Virus record (IMG/VR): IMGVR_UViG_3300032219_001854 | Coordinates: 1 to 64,000 of that record | Source of the DNA: a virus | Lineage: Duplodnaviria > Caudoviricetes | Strand: one strand, 5' to 3' | Length of the DNA: 64,000 bases | In this document: piece after piece, positions 19,073 through 30,182 of the stretch | Position numbering within the stretch: position 1 is the first letter of the stretch | Layout: each line of letters begins with the position of its first letter | The notes under the pieces: model-generated | The model's input: the letters and a program-made list of their open reading frames with translations, nothing else | What the model was told of the DNA's origin: nothing | The model's database searches: none | Program-made: the position numbers and the translations under genes

Positions 19073-20277
19073 TGTGTATATTACAAAAAATTGAAGACTG
19101 GAGATCTAAGACCGGTAAAGCTTTCGGAACTATAATGAGGGATCTTCCTAAGGATCAAGATTCTATATCTCAACTAAAATCGCTTACATCATTTCTTGAC
19201 TTAATTTACGAATCTGATAAAATTCCTATCCAGCAGAGATTTTATCATGTGTGGTTTAATTTTTATGAAATTGAGAGATGCCCTTATTGTGACTCGCCTA
19301 GAATGTTTTCAAAAAAACCAAAGTTTTCAATAGACCGATATGGATTAAAACCAACAAACCCTGTTAATTATTATGCGACGTGTATGGATAATTTATGTGT
19401 TAAAAAATATAACAAGGAGAAGACTGATAGATCTATGATGAAAAATAACGGTACAACTAATCCTATGGAAGTTCCAGGAGCTTTAGAAAAAATTAGGAAT
19501 AATAACAGGAAAAAGTACGGGGTAGATTTTTATACTGAGACCGAAGAATTTAAAAATAAAGTAAAGAATACATTTTCAGAAAAATATGGAGGGCATCCGA
19601 CTAAATTAAAAGAAACACAAGACAAGAAAAGAAAAACAAACAAAGAAAAATATGGATTTGAACACTCTTTGGATAATCCAGAGGTAAAAGAAAAATCTAG
19701 GATAACTAATAATTTAAAATACGGAGGAAATTCTAGTATGTGTTCAGAGGAGATAAGAAATAAATCTAAAGAAACTAATAGAAGAAAAAGAGGTACTGAT
19801 TGGTATGTACAAAGTCACGATTTTAAGAAAAAATTTAAAAAAACAATGTTATGGAAGTATGGAGTGGAACATGCTTTTCATTATACTGAATCTTTCGAGA
19901 AGTCTTTAGAAACATCATACAAGAAAAAAATATTTATTTTTCCTTCTGGTAGAGTAGAAAAAATACAGGGATACGAGGGATTTGCTCTAAAGGACTTACT
20001 TGACGCCGGATACATGGAAGAAGATATAATTGTATCCAATAAGGAAATTGAAAAATATACTGGAAGAATATTGTATCTGGATTCTGAGGAAAAGAAAAGG
20101 AGGTATTATCCTGATATTTATATTCTTTCTGAAAGTAAGGTTATAGAAGTTAAATCTAAATACACATACGAAACAAACATCTCTCTTAATAAAATGAAAA
20201 AACAAGCATGTCTTGGTCTAGGAATTTCTTTTGAATTTTGGGTCTATAACAATAAAGGTGAAAAGACTATAAAATAA
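19072..20277 (+). mobile_element. Free-standing homing-endonuclease-like gene (KYG repeats, C-terminal PD-(D/E)xK nuclease)
   Basis: N-terminal CPYC...C..LC, repeated N/T..KYG motifs, C-terminal YYPDIYI...KVIEVKS. Inserted between gp13-like and gp25-like genes. Confidence 0.7.
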
Positions 20278-20295
20278 TTCTAGTATAATAAGATC

Positions 20296-20304
20296 GAATA
20301 TATA
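20296..20304 (+). promoter_or_regulatory. GAATATATA variant (gp25-like gene)
   Basis: 7 nt before ATG 20312; would restart transcription after the endonuclease insertion. Confidence 0.5.
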
Positions 20305-20311
20305 GAACAAG

Positions 20312-20683
20312 ATGGCAAGATATTCTGAAATTTATCCAAGGAATCCTGATGATCCAAGATACAAAGAGGGACTTTTACATACCGATGACCAAGTAGAAAT
20401 ACTTATTGGTATGATTAAAAATTGTATGATGACAAGCCCTGGAGAGGTTCTAGGGGATCCATATTTTGGTATAGATCTAGAAGGTCTTATATTTGACCTT
20501 GAGGTAGATCAGAACACTTTAACTAGAGCTATAGATTTACATTTATTTACTTATGTCCCCTTGGCATATTCTACATTTAATGTTGAATTTGATGTGGGAT
20601 TTATTAGAGGCGATACAAGAGATGCTTGTGTTATAGATTTTGCCATAAAAGGAAACCCCATATTAGGAATTAAAATATTATAA
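20312..20683 (+). CDS. Baseplate wedge protein, gp25/GPW-like
   Basis: MMTSPGEVLGDPYFGIDLEGLIFD matches the gp25 T.pGE...P.FG motif. Confidence 0.85.
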   Translation: MARYSEIYPRNPDDPRYKEGLLHTDDQVEILIGMIKNCMMTSPGEVLGDPYFGIDLEGLIFDLEVDQNTLTRAIDLHLFTYVPLAYSTFNVEFDVGFIRGDTRDACVIDFAIKGNPILGIKIL

Positions 20684-20685
20684 AA

Positions 20686-22383
20686 ATGGATTTATTATCA
20701 AAAAATAGAGCAAAAATATCCGATCTAATATCTCAAACTTTTGAGTTAATTCAGGCAAGATATGGAATGTCCAATCAGTTATTTACCGTTGCGTCTGTAT
20801 GGGGGCAAATAATATTTGTATTAGATAACCTTTCTCAGTTTGTATTATTCTTTATTGAGGATTCTATAACTGAATTAAATATAAATACTGCTACTCGTGA
20901 GTCTTCCATATATGGTTTAGCTACTCTTGCAGGACACAATCCAACTAGAAATATATCAGCGAAGGGAGAGGTTTCTATCAGATGGAATGGAAAAAATATA
21001 GAATCTATAGGAGGAAGTGCAGTACTTATACCTAAAAATTCACAGATAAAATGTGTAAACAATGGTAAAACATATTTGTTAAAATTCCCGCAGGAATACA
21101 CAAGACTAAATCTTGATGGAACTTCATCATTAATTTGTTCAATAATGGAAGGTACTCTTGCTGTAAATCAGTATACCGGAGGTGGAAATTTTTTACAAAG
21201 TTTTAATATATCTTCGAGAGGTACTTCTGGTATAGAGAATTTTGAAGTTTATGTTAAGGTTAATGGGGTAGAATGGAAGAGATATGATTCATTATATGAT
21301 ATCCCTAGAAATGGATTAGTATATCTTGTAAAAAGCTCACTTATATCTGGTATAGATATCTTTTTTGGAAATAGAGATTTTGGATTACCACCAGCTCCCG
21401 GATCAGTAATAGAGGTTACATATTTGGAATCTTCTGGAACTTCTGGAAATCTTATACTTGATGATTCTTCACAAGCAATATTTGCTTTTGACTCCGACGG
21501 AACTGATTTATTTGGAAATAATGTTACATTATCTGAAGTTCTACAAGTTTCTTGTACAATTGCACCTCAAATGGGTGCGAATCAAGAATCAGTAGATTTA
21601 ACTAGATTGATAGCTCCAAAAACTTCTAGAAGTTTTGTTTTAGCCAATCCAACTAATTATATAACTTTCTTTGAAAAATTTGGACAGTTTTCAATAATAG
21701 AAGCTTTTACAACATTTGATGATCAATATATTGATGATGATAATATTATCTATTTAATACTCGTTCCAGATATTCAGTTAACACTAAAAAGCAACGAGAC
21801 TTATTTCGATATTCCTGTTTCAAGATTTAAGCTAACTCAACCACAAAGGGATAGAATATATCAATTATTAGACGAGAGTGGACAAAAAATAGTTACTACA
21901 GAGGTTAAGATATTAGACCCAGTTATAAAAAGGTACGTGGTAAATATAGCTTTAACTATGTTCGAAGGAAACGATCCCGATACACTAAAAACAACTATAA
22001 CAAATACCCTTAGTGATTATTTCCTTAACATTAGAAGAAGAGATAAAATACCTAGATCTGATTTAATAGCTGCTATAGAGGGAATAGAAGGTGTTGATTC
22101 GGTATCTTTATATTTTGTGGGAGAAGAAAATGAGGCAGCAAAAGCTCAAAATCCAAATTCTCCTGAAATAGGATTTGATGAATTTGGAGACATAGTAATG
22201 GGTAAGGATGACGTAGTAATTATATCAGGAGGATGGGAAGATAGGAATGGTATATTCTATGATCTAGGAGCAGGAATGGAAACACTTTCCTCTATCAATA
22301 TAGATATTAGAGCAATTGTTCCTTACACATATAATGCAAAAGTAAATGGATTATTAAAGAGTTCTTTAAAAACAGGTAATTAA
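20686..22383 (+). CDS. Baseplate wedge subunit, gp6/baseplate J-like
   Basis: NINTATRESSIYGLATLAGHNP, YVKVNGVEW, IFFGNRDFGLPP and GANQESVD; follows gp25. Confidence 0.8.
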   Translation: MDLLSKNRAKISDLISQTFELIQARYGMSNQLFTVASVWGQIIFVLDNLSQFVLFFIEDSITELNINTATRESSIYGLATLAGHNPTRNISAKGEVSIRWNGKNIESIGGSAVLIPKNSQIKCVNNGKTYLLKFPQEYTRLNLDGTSSLICSIMEGTLAVNQYTGGGNFLQSFNISSRGTSGIENFEVYVKVNGVEWKRYDSLYDIPRNGLVYLVKSSLISGIDIFFGNRDFGLPPAPGSVIEVTYLESSGTSGNLILDDSSQAIFAFDSDGTDLFGNNVTLSEVLQVSCTIAPQMGANQESVDLTRLIAPKTSRSFVLANPTNYITFFEKFGQFSIIEAFTTFDDQYIDDDNIIYLILVPDIQLTLKSNETYFDIPVSRFKLTQPQRDRIYQLLDESGQKIVTTEVKILDPVIKRYVVNIALTMFEGNDPDTLKTTITNTLSDYFLNIRRRDKIPRSDLIAAIEGIEGVDSVSLYFVGEENEAAKAQNPNSPEIGFDEFGDIVMGKDDVVIISGGWEDRNGIFYDLGAGMETLSSINIDIRAIVPYTYNAKVNGLLKSSLKTGN

Positions 22384-22384
22384 G

Positions 22385-22630
22385 ATGGAAAAGAAAAGTT
22401 GGTACGAATTTGTAAGATCACAAGAGGATATTAGATCCAATGTTGGTTTCGATTATGAGGATAAGATATTTGATAACACACTTTCAAATCCCATATTACA
22501 AGGTGATGATAATAGAATGGATATACTAGCTAGTATCGAAAAGGTAGTTTACTATTGGTTTGAAACTGCTAAGTATATAAAGAACTATATTAATTATACA
22601 GTTTCTAAAAACAATAAATACGTGAGATAG
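22385..22630 (+). CDS. Hypothetical protein between gp6-like and gp7-like genes
   Basis: 81 aa, 1-nt gaps to both neighbours. Confidence 0.65.
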   Translation: MEKKSWYEFVRSQEDIRSNVGFDYEDKIFDNTLSNPILQGDDNRMDILASIEKVVYYWFETAKYIKNYINYTVSKNNKYVR

Positions 22631-22631
22631 A

Positions 22632-25600
22632 ATGACTCTTCAAAATCTTTTATTCTTTGATAAAAAAGGAGACCAATATGTTTTTAAATGGAATGGAAAT
22701 TATTGGGAAGGATCGGTTCTGTTTCCTATAGTTTCTGAAAAACTATTTGAAGTACAACACATCTTCATAATAGAAAAATTCCTAAATACTTCTGCTGAAT
22801 TAAAATATGGATTTCCACATTCTTATGGAGTTAGCCCTGGTACTCCTGTATGGAGAACTAGATGGGAGTCTAATTATGATGGTAAGACTGATGTTTCTAA
22901 TATCATATACACCTATGAATTAGGAGTAGACGGCGAATTAGATTCTCCTGTGTTAGTTAAGGCTAACAATATAGAATTTTATCCTGAGGTTGTTCCTGGT
23001 GATACAATAGCTTCACCTAGCGGTATTGTTGTTACGAACGATATTAATCCTTCTTCGATGCAGATTAATATAGCACTTAATTCTGATTTGGAAGGAATAT
23101 ACGATAGATCTTTTATATTAGAGGATTATACAGATCCAAATAATCCAGTTACTATTTTAAAAGTTGGATTTCATGGTGAGGTAGAAGGTGAAGATAGTAG
23201 ACTGTCAGTATTATTAGGAAACTTCGGAAGAGAGTTTAATGCTTCTGATGCCTTAATAGTAAGGGAGGGAGATATAAAAGAAGAATTTCCAGATCTTGAA
23301 ATAATCAACAAGAAAAGAAAAGAATTATTACTTACAGGGGAGAGTATATTTCCTTATCTAGGATCTTATAAATCTTTATTTAATGCTATAAAATTTTTCG
23401 GTTATTATGATTTAAGAGTTAAGGAGTATTGGCTTAACATAAAGAAAGATGATGCTGATACTTTAACCCCACTACAACAGAACCAAAAAATATTAAATCA
23501 ATTAAAGAAGCCTAATATAGAAGGACAGAATAGATTGGAGCTTATAAGTAGTTTAATAAAAGATGAAAATGAGGGTAAATTTAAACAAGTAGAGGTATAT
23601 GGAAAAAATAAGGATGGTACTTTTGGTTTAAAGAAACAATTTGAACAATTATTTCCTTCTAAATCATTTAAGAAGACTGCACTATTCGGACTTTTCTATG
23701 ATATAAATAGGGTAGTAGAGGATCAGGATGAAGATCAATATGGATATCCTGTAGTCGAAGATACTTTTGCTTTTAGTCCAGAAGAAGTACTTATAAAACT
23801 TTTTGGACTAAAGGAAAGATTAAAAAGAGATTACCTACCTCTTAATGCTAGGATAATTGATATTACTGGAGAGGGGATATATTTCAATATTTATAAAACA
23901 AGGGGGTGGACAGATCAGGTAGACATAAGTGAAATAAAAGGAGGTATAGAAGTAGACTTTACGGTTTTTCCACAAAATGGATACATTGAGGATCTTAGAC
24001 CTTTTTATACTAAGCCAAATCAATCTGGAATTTTATATCCTGCTGTAAATGGAACAGAGGAGGGTATAAGTTATTATGGAAATACTATAGATCCATATAC
24101 ATTTTTTCAAGAGTATCCGTTACCGACTATTCCTTCTTGGGAAACAGCGATTCAATCTTTTTATGATGATGTAAAAAGCGGAACCATGCCTAAATTTTTA
24201 GGAGATGGAGATTATGATTATCCAGGATATAAGTTATTTTCAAATGGTGCTGAATATGTATTTCCTGCTGGATGCCCAGTAATTATTAAGAATAACACAT
24301 TTACACTTCCTTGGGATGATGTAAGTGCAACATGGAATTCCTTTGATACAACTGTAACTACTACTTCATTACAAATAGCAAGTTATAATAGTACAACATC
24401 AAGCAATCCTGGTACTCCTTTTCAAACAGTTAATAGTACTAGCAATTTTACATTACCTACATCGTTCCCATCTAACGTAACCATTAATATAGGTCCAGGT
24501 AATGATTGGTTTGATACATCTTTTCCTGAGGTTTTATTTGTTAGAGTTGAGTCCATAGATTCCCCAGGGAATCTTATTTTGGGATATTGTAGTTCTGGTG
24601 ATTATAACACTATTACTGGAGATCTCTATATCCAGATGATGTCTGTAAGAGGATCAGGTCAATATTCAAATTGGAAAGTAACACCAACAAATTTAGGATT
24701 TAGTAGCTATACATTTGAGTACTATGAAAATTTTGTACAATCTAATGGTTTTTATTCGTGGGATAGAATACCTTATTTAGATTTCTATGAGATAGAATGG
24801 ACTATATACAAGGACGATGACATTAGTCCTTACTTCTTTCAGATAAGAGGAGGATTACCTGATTTAGAAACATTAGTACATTTCGTTCCTTATGTTGGTG
24901 AATATAATATTAAGTGTAGAGTTTGGGATACTCTAAATTCTATATCTCTTGGTATAAAAAGATCAATTTTAAAAGTTGATAAAAGATCTATAGAATTAAA
25001 TACTATAACTAGATTTAGAGAATCTGAGATTTATAATTGGGATAATGCTCCTCTAAAATGGGAAAGCTATCCTTCTCAGTGGATCTTCCCAGTTGAGAAT
25101 ACAAATAAGATTTTAAATATCTCTGATATGATAGAAAATTATCCGGAGTATTCTAATAATTTTAATGAAGGTCAACAATGTGAGGTATTAACTAAATTAC
25201 CAGAAGTTAAAGCAACTATAGATTTTGAGATTGGAGTTAATCAAGTAGATATTAACAATATCGTTAGTACATATAATGGCTTTGGATATTCATTGGCTAT
25301 CGTAACAACAAATACCCCTCATGGATATTCTTCTGGAGATACTGTATGGATATATGATTCTACTGGATCTCCTTATGGACAATATCCTATAACAGTAACA
25401 GGACTAAATGCCTTTGAAATACCAGAGATAATTATTACAGCTATAATAGGAGGATACGTTTACGGATCGGGTAATATTAAAATAACTGCAGATTCTTTAT
25501 TAATAGCTGACTGTAATTTTCAAGGGGATATAAATTCAACTTCTAGTTTAGTCTATAGTACAATAAATTCTTCTCCACTAACTCCCAAATATAAAGTTAT

Positions 25601-28600
25601 AAATCTAATAGATTCAACAACTCCTGGATATAAGAAATTTACACTACAAGCTCCTAATAACAGTGGAGATTTATGGAATGGTAAGATACTTTCAGTACAA
25701 GTTACAGGATCTATTTTAAGCAGCATAACAACTGGTACTTTTTCTGGAGGTATAAACGAGAGGGAAGAATACCTAGAATATAATTTCAATTTTCTACCTA
25801 AGAAGGAGATGAGATTCTGGGGAACTAAAGGTCTTTCTTGGGACACATTCGAGGATTTCCAATTTGAAAAAGCTTATGCACATACATGGGATATGTACGA
25901 TTATCATAATGATTGGCTTGGGGGATTTGATCTTTATTCACTTCAATATGGAGATAAAGTTAGAGTAACTAAGGATTCTTTAGGTGTAGTATTCGGAGAA
26001 ACAGATTCTCCAGGAAATAGTTATTTGGATCTAAGCGAAGCTGCAGATCAATTGAATGATTCTATTGACGATAATATAAAAAGATTTGATTATGCTGTTA
26101 GAGGATTTTCAGAGCTTCCAAATAATTTCTATATAAACAGCAATCCTATATCTCCGGATCTTAGTACTAATCCCGGACCTAAGAATATAACATCGACTTT
26201 TTATAAAGTACCTACTTATTCTCCTGTTCTTTTCCAACCTACTGGGGTAGCTTGGGACGCAGATGGGGATATTTGGGTTACTGGTGAGGATGTTATTAGA
26301 TTTGATGGTGCTAATTACACTGTTTATGATTCTTCTAATAGTGTGATGCCTGGTCTTTCTATACTTACTAATTGTATAAAGATAGACCGAAACGATGTAA
26401 AATGGATAGGGATAGAAAACAATTTAACTCCTCTTGTGAAAATAAACGAGAAGGATCCTACACAAAGCTTTGCATATTCGGTTAGTGATTTTGTAGATAA
26501 TGCAGGTAATCCTGTTAGTCCAATAGCTGCTTCAAGTATAACATCTATAGAAATAAATCCGCAGAGAGGAGATATATTTGCAGCATTTACCTGTAATTCC
26601 TCTCCATCTTTTGACGGACTTTTATTTTATGATTCATCAGCTAAATCATGGAGACTTTATACAACCAATAATTCTGATATACCTTCTGATAATATAAGAG
26701 ATCTTAAATTAGAATATTATGGTATTAATGGATGGTATCTATGGATAGCAACAGATGCTGGTTTATCTAGATTTGACGGGGTAGGATTTAAAAATTACAC
26801 ATCATCTAATTCAGGACTTCCTGACGACGATGTTTATTCTATAGAAATAGATAAATTAAAACATAAATGGATTGGAACTGCATCTGGATTAACATATTGG
26901 GATCATATAAGATGGGCAGTATGGAATTCATCTACAAATCCAGAAATATCTTCAGGAATATTTGGTAATATAGTAGAGACTGGAAATGCTAATATCTGGT
27001 TTACTATTGATCCTTCTGCTTCTCCTGGAGACACTGAATTGTATTTCTTTGATGGATATTTCTTTACTAATGTTTTATATAGGAATGATGGAACTACATT
27101 AATCAATCCTTGTAACGTATTCCACGGAAAAACTATGCTTTCTGCTCCTTGGAAAACAATTAAAAATGGACAAATAACCTATCCAAAGAATTTAATATTC
27201 CTTACTGAAGATGGTGAGATAGGAAAACTTGATTATGTTATACCGCACATACATGCAACATCTAAGTCTGCTGGACCTAATGGATGGGACTTCGTTTATC
27301 ACGATACATCAACACCTTTACCTTCTGTAGAAAATATTTACAATTCCGGTATTGGTGAATCACAATTAGGATTTAGTTTTATAGTTGGTCCTTTTAATGA
27401 TAACCTCACTTTAAATTCTGATTACACCAGACCTATCATGCCTAATGTCGATAGATATTCTTGGTACAAGCCTATTTGGCAGCGTTATAGCATCGATCGT
27501 CTTAAAGATCAGTTTCCATCTTTAAACATTGATGATGTCTTCTTATACGCTCCGCTACGCGATATTATAAACGGTAAAGCAAACAAAGAACCATATTGGA
27601 AAAATTCACAAATAGAAAGGATAGCTCAGAAAAAATCTAGGGATCTGTTTGACAATTTTGAATGGGTTATAACATTAGGAAATAGTAACCCGGATCAAGG
27701 TGTAAAAGTTACTGTAGATAATGAAGGTGATATCATAGCTATTGGTGATTTTACTGGTACCATATTTATGGGTGAAGTAAATAATATAGGATCTCAGGAC
27801 ATTTATCTAAATAGTCTAGATCAAGGAGTTTACATTGCTAAATATAATAAGGGAGGAGTTATACAATGGGCTACATCAGTACCTTCAACATCTCCACAAG
27901 GACCAATTTATGCTAGATCAGTTATAACAGATACAAACGGAAATATCTATGTAGCTTGTGATAATAATCTTACAGGATTTATAGAAATAAACAAATACAA
28001 CTCAGGCGGTACATTATTAAATACAATTAATATACCTATTACACCGGACCAATTTCTTGGAGATATTAAAGTTGATAAGTATGAAAATATTTATATATGT
28101 GGAGCATTTGAAGGTAATCTTACCTTAGGTACATATTCTTTATCCTCTACAGGTCAGGATTCCGCTTTTATTGCAAAGATCGATCCTTCATTATCTTTTG
28201 TATGGGCTAAACAATTAACCACAACAACATACTCAAAAGCATACGAATTAGCAGTACTTAAAGAGGAGTATTTATATTTAACAGGAGTTTTTAATACACA
28301 GATTGATCTTGGACCTATAACACTAAATGGGGTAGGAAATCCTGATATGTTTGTTGGTAAATTCTCGACTGGAGATGGTTCATGTCTATGGGCAGATAGT
28401 TTTGCAGACAATTCACTTACGTCGTTTGGATCTACTTCTATATGTATAGATCCAAAAGGACATGTTTTAGTTACTGGTTCATTTGATGGAACTATGGAGA
28501 TTGAAGGTAAAAAAATCTCATCATTTCCTGGATCAACAGATATATTTGTACTTAAACTACTTTCCACTGGAAAATTAATGTGGATGAAAATGTGTGGAGG

Positions 28601-29408
28601 TCAATCGGGAGACACTGCTTATGATATAGAAAGTGATTCAGAGGAGAATGTTTATATAACAGGATCTTATACCTCACCTGCATATTTCTCTCCAGAGGAA
28701 ATAGAATCTAGAGGAGGTACAGACATATATTTAACTAAGTTTAATCAGGAAGGTTTATTAGTTGATATAGTTACTGCTGGAGGTCTTAATAATGATTCAG
28801 GAGCTGATTTAGTATTAGACCACGAGGAGAATATTTATTTAACTGGATATTTTGAGGGTGAATCAGAATTTTCTCCTTATGTTGTACTATCACCTCCAGG
28901 AGGATCTTTGGATGCTTTCCTTGGTAAAATACCTAAGCAAAGATTCCAGAGCGGATTAAAAATAGGAGGTGTGCAATCTTGGCTTGGGTCTCATTCTTGG
29001 TCTTGGAAAGAAGAAAAATTATACGATAAAGAATTTGAAATTCCTTTAGCTACCACTATATTTATAAATCCTATAGATTCATTAATACCTGGTAAAAAGA
29101 ATCATATATGGACTCTTATTGATACAGAGACTGGCGAAACAATAGTAAAAATAAGAAGAAGTCCATACTTTATATGGACTTTCTTAAAAGCTGGATTTTA
29201 CACGATCTATTGTGAACTACAAGATGCTAACGGAAACATATATGAAACCGAGCACAAAGGTATGATAAGGGTTATAGATCATAAAGAAGCTTTTGCAGGA
29301 GATCTAAAACCTGAAGTTGTAAATCCTGAGGATTACTTATTGAGAACTATTTACTACGATAGGAAGGAATTGGGATTCCCTCCTTTATCTAGATTTCAAA
29401 TAGATTAA
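22632..29408 (+). CDS. Giant baseplate wedge protein (gp7/P2 gpI-like core) with Reg_prop-like and SBBP-like propeller repeats
   Basis: GSYKSLFNAIKFFGYYDLRVKEYW wedge motif; SNSGLPDDDVYSIEIDKLKHKWIGT-type repeats; GGQSGDTAYDIESDSEENVYITGSY-type repeats; PKD-like end. Confidence 0.65.
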   Translation: MTLQNLLFFDKKGDQYVFKWNGNYWEGSVLFPIVSEKLFEVQHIFIIEKFLNTSAELKYGFPHSYGVSPGTPVWRTRWESNYDGKTDVSNIIYTYELGVDGELDSPVLVKANNIEFYPEVVPGDTIASPSGIVVTNDINPSSMQINIALNSDLEGIYDRSFILEDYTDPNNPVTILKVGFHGEVEGEDSRLSVLLGNFGREFNASDALIVREGDIKEEFPDLEIINKKRKELLLTGESIFPYLGSYKSLFNAIKFFGYYDLRVKEYWLNIKKDDADTLTPLQQNQKILNQLKKPNIEGQNRLELISSLIKDENEGKFKQVEVYGKNKDGTFGLKKQFEQLFPSKSFKKTALFGLFYDINRVVEDQDEDQYGYPVVEDTFAFSPEEVLIKLFGLKERLKRDYLPLNARIIDITGEGIYFNIYKTRGWTDQVDISEIKGGIEVDFTVFPQNGYIEDLRPFYTKPNQSGILYPAVNGTEEGISYYGNTIDPYTFFQEYPLPTIPSWETAIQSFYDDVKSGTMPKFLGDGDYDYPGYKLFSNGAEYVFPAGCPVIIKNNTFTLPWDDVSATWNSFDTTVTTTSLQIASYNSTTSSNPGTPFQTVNSTSNFTLPTSFPSNVTINIGPGNDWFDTSFPEVLFVRVESIDSPGNLILGYCSSGDYNTITGDLYIQMMSVRGSGQYSNWKVTPTNLGFSSYTFEYYENFVQSNGFYSWDRIPYLDFYEIEWTIYKDDDISPYFFQIRGGLPDLETLVHFVPYVGEYNIKCRVWDTLNSISLGIKRSILKVDKRSIELNTITRFRESEIYNWDNAPLKWESYPSQWIFPVENTNKILNISDMIENYPEYSNNFNEGQQCEVLTKLPEVKATIDFEIGVNQVDINNIVSTYNGFGYSLAIVTTNTPHGYSSGDTVWIYDSTGSPYGQYPITVTGLNAFEIPEIIITAIIGGYVYGSGNIKITADSLLIADCNFQGDINSTSSLVYSTINSSPLTPKYKVINLIDSTTPGYKKFTLQAPNNSGDLWNGKILSVQVTGSILSSITTGTFSGGINEREEYLEYNFNFLPKKEMRFWGTKGLSWDTFEDFQFEKAYAHTWDMYDYHNDWLGGFDLYSLQYGDKVRVTKDSLGVVFGETDSPGNSYLDLSEAADQLNDSIDDNIKRFDYAVRGFSELPNNFYINSNPISPDLSTNPGPKNITSTFYKVPTYSPVLFQPTGVAWDADGDIWVTGEDVIRFDGANYTVYDSSNSVMPGLSILTNCIKIDRNDVKWIGIENNLTPLVKINEKDPTQSFAYSVSDFVDNAGNPVSPIAASSITSIEINPQRGDIFAAFTCNSSPSFDGLLFYDSSAKSWRLYTTNNSDIPSDNIRDLKLEYYGINGWYLWIATDAGLSRFDGVGFKNYTSSNSGLPDDDVYSIEIDKLKHKWIGTASGLTYWDHIRWAVWNSSTNPEISSGIFGNIVETGNANIWFTIDPSASPGDTELYFFDGYFFTNVLYRNDGTTLINPCNVFHGKTMLSAPWKTIKNGQITYPKNLIFLTEDGEIGKLDYVIPHIHATSKSAGPNGWDFVYHDTSTPLPSVENIYNSGIGESQLGFSFIVGPFNDNLTLNSDYTRPIMPNVDRYSWYKPIWQRYSIDRLKDQFPSLNIDDVFLYAPLRDIINGKANKEPYWKNSQIERIAQKKSRDLFDNFEWVITLGNSNPDQGVKVTVDNEGDIIAIGDFTGTIFMGEVNNIGSQDIYLNSLDQGVYIAKYNKGGVIQWATSVPSTSPQGPIYARSVITDTNGNIYVACDNNLTGFIEINKYNSGGTLLNTINIPITPDQFLGDIKVDKYENIYICGAFEGNLTLGTYSLSSTGQDSAFIAKIDPSLSFVWAKQLTTTTYSKAYELAVLKEEYLYLTGVFNTQIDLGPITLNGVGNPDMFVGKFSTGDGSCLWADSFADNSLTSFGSTSICIDPKGHVLVTGSFDGTMEIEGKKISSFPGSTDIFVLKLLSTGKLMWMKMCGGQSGDTAYDIESDSEENVYITGSYTSPAYFSPEEIESRGGTDIYLTKFNQEGLLVDIVTAGGLNNDSGADLVLDHEENIYLTGYFEGESEFSPYVVLSPPGGSLDAFLGKIPKQRFQSGLKIGGVQSWLGSHSWSWKEEKLYDKEFEIPLATTIFINPIDSLIPGKKNHIWTLIDTETGETIVKIRRSPYFIWTFLKAGFYTIYCELQDANGNIYETEHKGMIRVIDHKEAFAGDLKPEVVNPEDYLLRTIYYDRKELGFPPLSRFQID

Positions 29409-29419
29409 TTCTATAAATC

Positions 29420-30091
29420 TTAAGTCGTATATTCTCTATAAACATCTAAGATTTCAGGAACTATAGGATGTCTATGGTTTTTCTTTAATGTGATAACCTT
29501 AACCCCAGAAACTCTTGCTGCTAGCATGTTCATAAAATCTAGTCCCGATTCTTTCTTGTTTTTTAAATCTATCTGAGATGTGTCACCACATATCATCATT
29601 TTAGATCCTATACCAAGTCTTCCAAGAACCATTTCCATTTGACTCATAGTTACGTTTTGAGCCTCATCTACTATTACACAAGAATTAACCAATGTTCTAC
29701 CTCTCATAAAAGGGAAAGGCAGAATTTCAATAATTCCCTCACTCATTAATTTTTCAATTTTGGTTTTATCGTAGACCATTTCTAGATTAGCATAAATAGG
29801 AGCTAACCACGGATCCATTTTTTCTTTTAAATCTCCTGGAAGAAATCCAATATCTTCCTTTGCAACAGTTGGCCTAGTAATAACTAGTTTTTCTATTTCC
29901 CTATTGAATAGCATATCCAGAGCTATCTGAACTGCTAATAGGGTTTTACCTGATCCTGCTGCTCCTTTTAGAACATTAACCGGGTTTTCCAATATGATGG
30001 CTTTAGCATCTTTTTGCTCCTCATTTAAATTGATTTTAAATTTAATGGGATTTTTTGGCTTTCTTTTTTGAGTCCAATTGCTTCCTGTCAT
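29420..30091 (-). CDS. phoH: PhoH family ATPase
   Basis: GAAGSGKT, ITRPTV, IGFLPGDLKEKMDPWL, FMRGRTL, DEAQN, GDTSQID. Confidence 0.95.
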   Translation of the reverse strand: MTGSNWTQKRKPKNPIKFKINLNEEQKDAKAIILENPVNVLKGAAGSGKTLLAVQIALDMLFNREIEKLVITRPTVAKEDIGFLPGDLKEKMDPWLAPIYANLEMVYDKTKIEKLMSEGIIEILPFPFMRGRTLVNSCVIVDEAQNVTMSQMEMVLGRLGIGSKMMICGDTSQIDLKNKKESGLDFMNMLAARVSGVKVITLKKNHRHPIVPEILDVYREYTT

Positions 30092-30110
30092 AAGATTTTT
30101 TTTATTTTGA

Positions 30111-30129
30111 GAAACATATTCGATGTTTC
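30111..30129. promoter_or_regulatory. 7-bp inverted repeat in the divergent phoH/fibre intergenic region
   Basis: GAAACAT-ATTCG-ATGTTTC. Confidence 0.4.
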
Positions 30130-30174
30130 ACAGTTTAATAATCAGCCTGTCTTTTCTTAAAGTAATAAATACAG

Positions 30175-30182
30175 GATATATA
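30175..30182 (+). promoter_or_regulatory. GATATATA candidate late promoter (fibre operon)
   Basis: Intergenic, upstream of ATG 30202, after the inverted phoH. Confidence 0.6.

Noticed and set aside
2945-29408. Bacterial contractile injection system (eCIS/T6SS) instead of a phage
   Set aside because: Contiguous with a neck gene and phage replication genes, with no bacterial housekeeping context.
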